A program made the position numbers and the translations under genes. A stretch of DNA of 64,000 nt, taken from assembly GCA_032718475.1 (NCBI GenBank), contig JAUCBJ010001254.1:1-64000 (forward strand), in the 5' to 3' direction. How positions within the stretch are numbered: the stretch's first letter is position 1; each line of letters begins with the position of its first letter. The notes under the pieces are model-generated. The model made no database searches. It saw nothing but the letters and a program-made list of their open reading frames with translations, and was not told the origin of the DNA. The DNA comes from Nemertoderma westbladi. Its lineage: Eukaryota; Animalia; Xenacoelomorpha. Positions 61,377-64,000 of the stretch are shown here, piece after piece.

Positions 61377-62548
61377 TGTAAAGGCTTTTGCGGATCTAGC
61401 TAGTTATTTTCCCCACAAAGTACTCTGTAGGTGTTTTAACGGACATAAAAAGCCGTTTCCTTACTGTACCGGTGTTTTAGTGGACATAAAAAGCCATTTC
61501 TTCTGTATGTGTACTTTAGCGGACATAACTAGCGATTTTATGTCGCAATAAGCCAATAATCCTCTTGATACAGTGTAGTTACGATAACGACATCTATCAG
61601 CTGATATGTACACGTGTAATTTTTCCCTTGTTCTTTGTTCGGTCGACCAATCAGAGCGATTTTCTTTGTGTTGGACAGTGCATATATAAACTCACGCAAT
61701 TCAGTCAGTATGTATCTTTCTAAGCCCAGAACACCGGCTTAGGATTCTTCTGTACTTCTGTGGAAGTTTCAGACTTTAGCCAAACATTAGAACGGCTTTG
61801 ATCATAGAAACGTATAACTGTTATCCTGCCATACCTGGCATACCAGACTCACCTAACCTTTCACCGCATTATTTTACTGCTATTTGCTGTCGATTATTAA
61901 TTGTTAGAAGTTGATTGATATGTTGTTATATTTGGAGAATATCGATGAATAATCATAAAACCCCAATCTTCTTGATATATTGAAGGTTAGAGAGACCAGT
62001 TACATATAGCAATTGCGACTTACATTAAAGTGGTTTTGGAGTGAATCTAATGCTATTTAATAGGCCCTACATGTGTCAGTTGCTATTCTCCTTATGTATG
62101 ATCAAATTCAGTGAAGGTCGGCAGATCAGTGTGCAGCAGTGTGAGGTAGTGTGCATGAGTGTGACAGGTAACAAAGCATTTCCTAAAGAATGCGCCTTAT
62201 ACGTAAATCATTAGCCATCCTGTTGTGCTTAGTGTAAGTCATAACTCTGTTTACATACTTAGAGCGCCACGTCCTAAAGGAACTGTTGATATTTCCCGAA
62301 AGTGAATAATATTTGTCAGAGATTATATATTAACGATCAATCGAATAATACAGTAGGCCTACACCGCAATAAGGTCAGAGCTTCCGAATCCAGTCTCCCG
62401 GGTATATCCAGCGGGTGAATGGTCGCGCATAGGCTGGCTTCGGCTAATGTAGTGTATCCAATACTCGTCATAGGCTAAAGTCGATTTATAACCTAGAAGA
62501 CACCTAAATTTGGCAGGTTAAACTGCTAAAGGTCTGAAAGCGCGAACA
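61377..62548 (+). repeat. 3' LTR of B1
   Basis: TGTAAAGG...GCGAACA following the PPT. Confidence 0.95.
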
Positions 62549-62828
62549 GGTTGGCTGGAGACCTCGGTCCTCGACTCACGTTCCTCTTCACCTCGTGCTC
62601 GTCCATTTTCATCCTCTCCAACCAAACCGCCATTCTTCAGCGAATCCGGTGTGGCGGGCCGGTAACACCTTATCGCCGCCTCCCGAATCGTTGCGTCTCT
62701 GTCACTGGGAGTGCGCTGCAGACTTCTTCCCTTCTCCGAACCCTGGGACGTTGTTGGTTAGCTCATTGTTGTTGGCATGATCTAAACTTGTTGTGGGTGT
62801 TAGTCACAATCTCGAAGTCGGTTTAAAC

Positions 62829-63456
62829 TGTGACGGGATCCGAGTTGGCGAGGGATCCCGCCCGGTGTGTGTTTCGTGGTTAATACGCGTCGCCGCATCC
62901 GCTAATGTGGTTCTCACTAAAGGCTTGGTGCTGAAAGGCCGAAGGCCAGTATAATAAAGTTCTGAGTTTTAGGGTAAACCCAATTATTGTTGTTAATAAT
63001 CTCAGAAGTATGAGTACCGATAATATAGCACAATCAGTATTGCACAATAATAGCAGTTACAACGACGGTTTAAACCGTTTAGCTTCCACCCTGAATAATA
63101 GCCAACTGAACCATAATTAACACTGGGTAACATATTTAGTTATATGGACATTACATGGGAGGTTACACACATTGCTTACTGTAATACCTACCAGTAAATG
63201 CGCGCTAATTGATGGTGTACCGCCCCGCTATTGGTTGGTTTACCTCCCCTAGCCACTCCCTGTCTTTCCTGGCCCTATGTCGGCTTCCCCTTGAGATGTG
63301 CTGGCATCTCTCTCTCTCTAGCTGGCAATGTATATTGCCTCGTTCCCTCTAGTATGCAATATTGCGTTGGGCAATATTGCATATCTAATCGTGATTCGTA
63401 AATCACGACTTTCCCCATTCTCCGCTGGGTGGTGCAGCGGATTGGATCCGCTAACA
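62829..63456 (-). repeat. 5' LTR of A3
   Basis: tgtgacgggatcc...gctaaca; similar to 37761-38055. Confidence 0.85.
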
Positions 63457-63589
63457 CCAAATCCAGGTGCTATATTTAAGGATTCAGCAATCAGCAGCCA
63501 ACCAAATCTATCTACAAACAAAAATTAATCATATCCCCAAACTAACAAGATTAAGAATAAAAACCAAAACTGCACCACTATCAACACCA

Positions 63590-63890
63590 ATATTAATATC
63601 ATTACTTTCAATAGTCGGGGTTTATTAAATAATTATGAACTCATACAAGATCTTCTCAGGAAGATGTCCTTATGTCCTTATGGTGCAAGAGCACTGGCTG
63701 GATGGACAGGAAGCAATCAAGATATTTGGAGGACTACTAGATTGTATAATTTTATACCACCTCTATAGACCCTGATTCCTAACTTTTTGGACAATCAACT
63801 ACTGGATTTATAAGAGCTGGTGTTGCAATTTTCATCCGCAGAAATATAGTTGAGGAAGTTGAACAAGTGATAAGTGGGGATAATTTCTAA
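63590..63890 (+). pseudogene. LINE APE endonuclease N-terminal relic
   Basis: IITFNSRGL, VQEHWL and RAGVAIFIR, separated by frameshifts. Confidence 0.65.
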
Positions 63891-63955
63891 CACGTTTAAA
63901 ATCCCTTCAGCAGCTCAATGGGAATGCAATTCCTTTTATAGTAGTAGACTGTGTC

Positions 63956-64000
63956 AGAATTGTCCGGGTCGGAATTGTCCAGCTCGGAATTGTCCGGGTC
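63956..64000. repeat. 15-bp tandem repeat (ggaattgtccgggtc), runs off the window
   Basis: Three units visible. Confidence 0.75.

Larger units (their letters stand above)
38456..62548 (+). mobile_element. Non-autonomous Bel/Pao element B1 (contains B2)
   Basis: Near-identical LTRs 38456-39632 and 61377-62548; TSD GGTTG (38451-38455 and 62549-62553); PPT TGGGAGCGG at 61368-61376. Confidence 0.93.
37761..63456 (-). mobile_element. Internally deleted family A copy A3, split by B1
   Basis: Partial LTR at 37761-~38055; gag 5' remnants at 38095-38455 and 62549-62790 similar to A1 (TIREAAIRCYRPATP); 5' LTR at 62829-63456. No matching TSD, so the left LTR piece may come from another copy. Confidence 0.6.

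Noticed and set aside
1-64000. Unistrand piRNA cluster
   Set aside because: Many elements are on the minus strand, but B1 and all three LINEs are on plus; cannot be supported without small-RNA data.

Overview
Eukaryotic, AT-rich DNA (probably an invertebrate animal) made almost entirely of nested transposable elements; no host gene is recognisable. It contains: (i) a young full-length Bel/Pao LTR retrotransposon, here called C (16563-28759, minus, 866-bp LTRs, GTACC TSD); (ii) two related non-autonomous Bel/Pao elements, B1 (38456-62548, plus, TSD GGTTG) and B2 (45984-57211, minus, TSD GCTTA, nested in B1), which keep gag-protease but lack RT, RNase H and integrase; (iii) three members of another LTR family, A (LTRs at 3132, 11979, 37761 and 62829), one carrying a degraded DEDDy 3'-5' exonuclease plus triple zinc-knuckle gene just before its 3' LTR; (iv) Bel/Pao relics D and E, three LINE fragments, MITEs, tRNA-derived remnants and minisatellites. 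Main observation: in five 5' LTRs from three families (C, B1, B2, A1, A3) the primer-binding position is not a TGG-type tRNA PBS. It is instead a 9-13 nt perfect complement of a site inside the element's own LTR, with compensatory changes between relatives. This is the signature of tRNA-independent self-priming, established for fission-yeast Tf1 but not known to me for Bel/Pao elements. All coordinates and identities were read by eye; no database searches were run.
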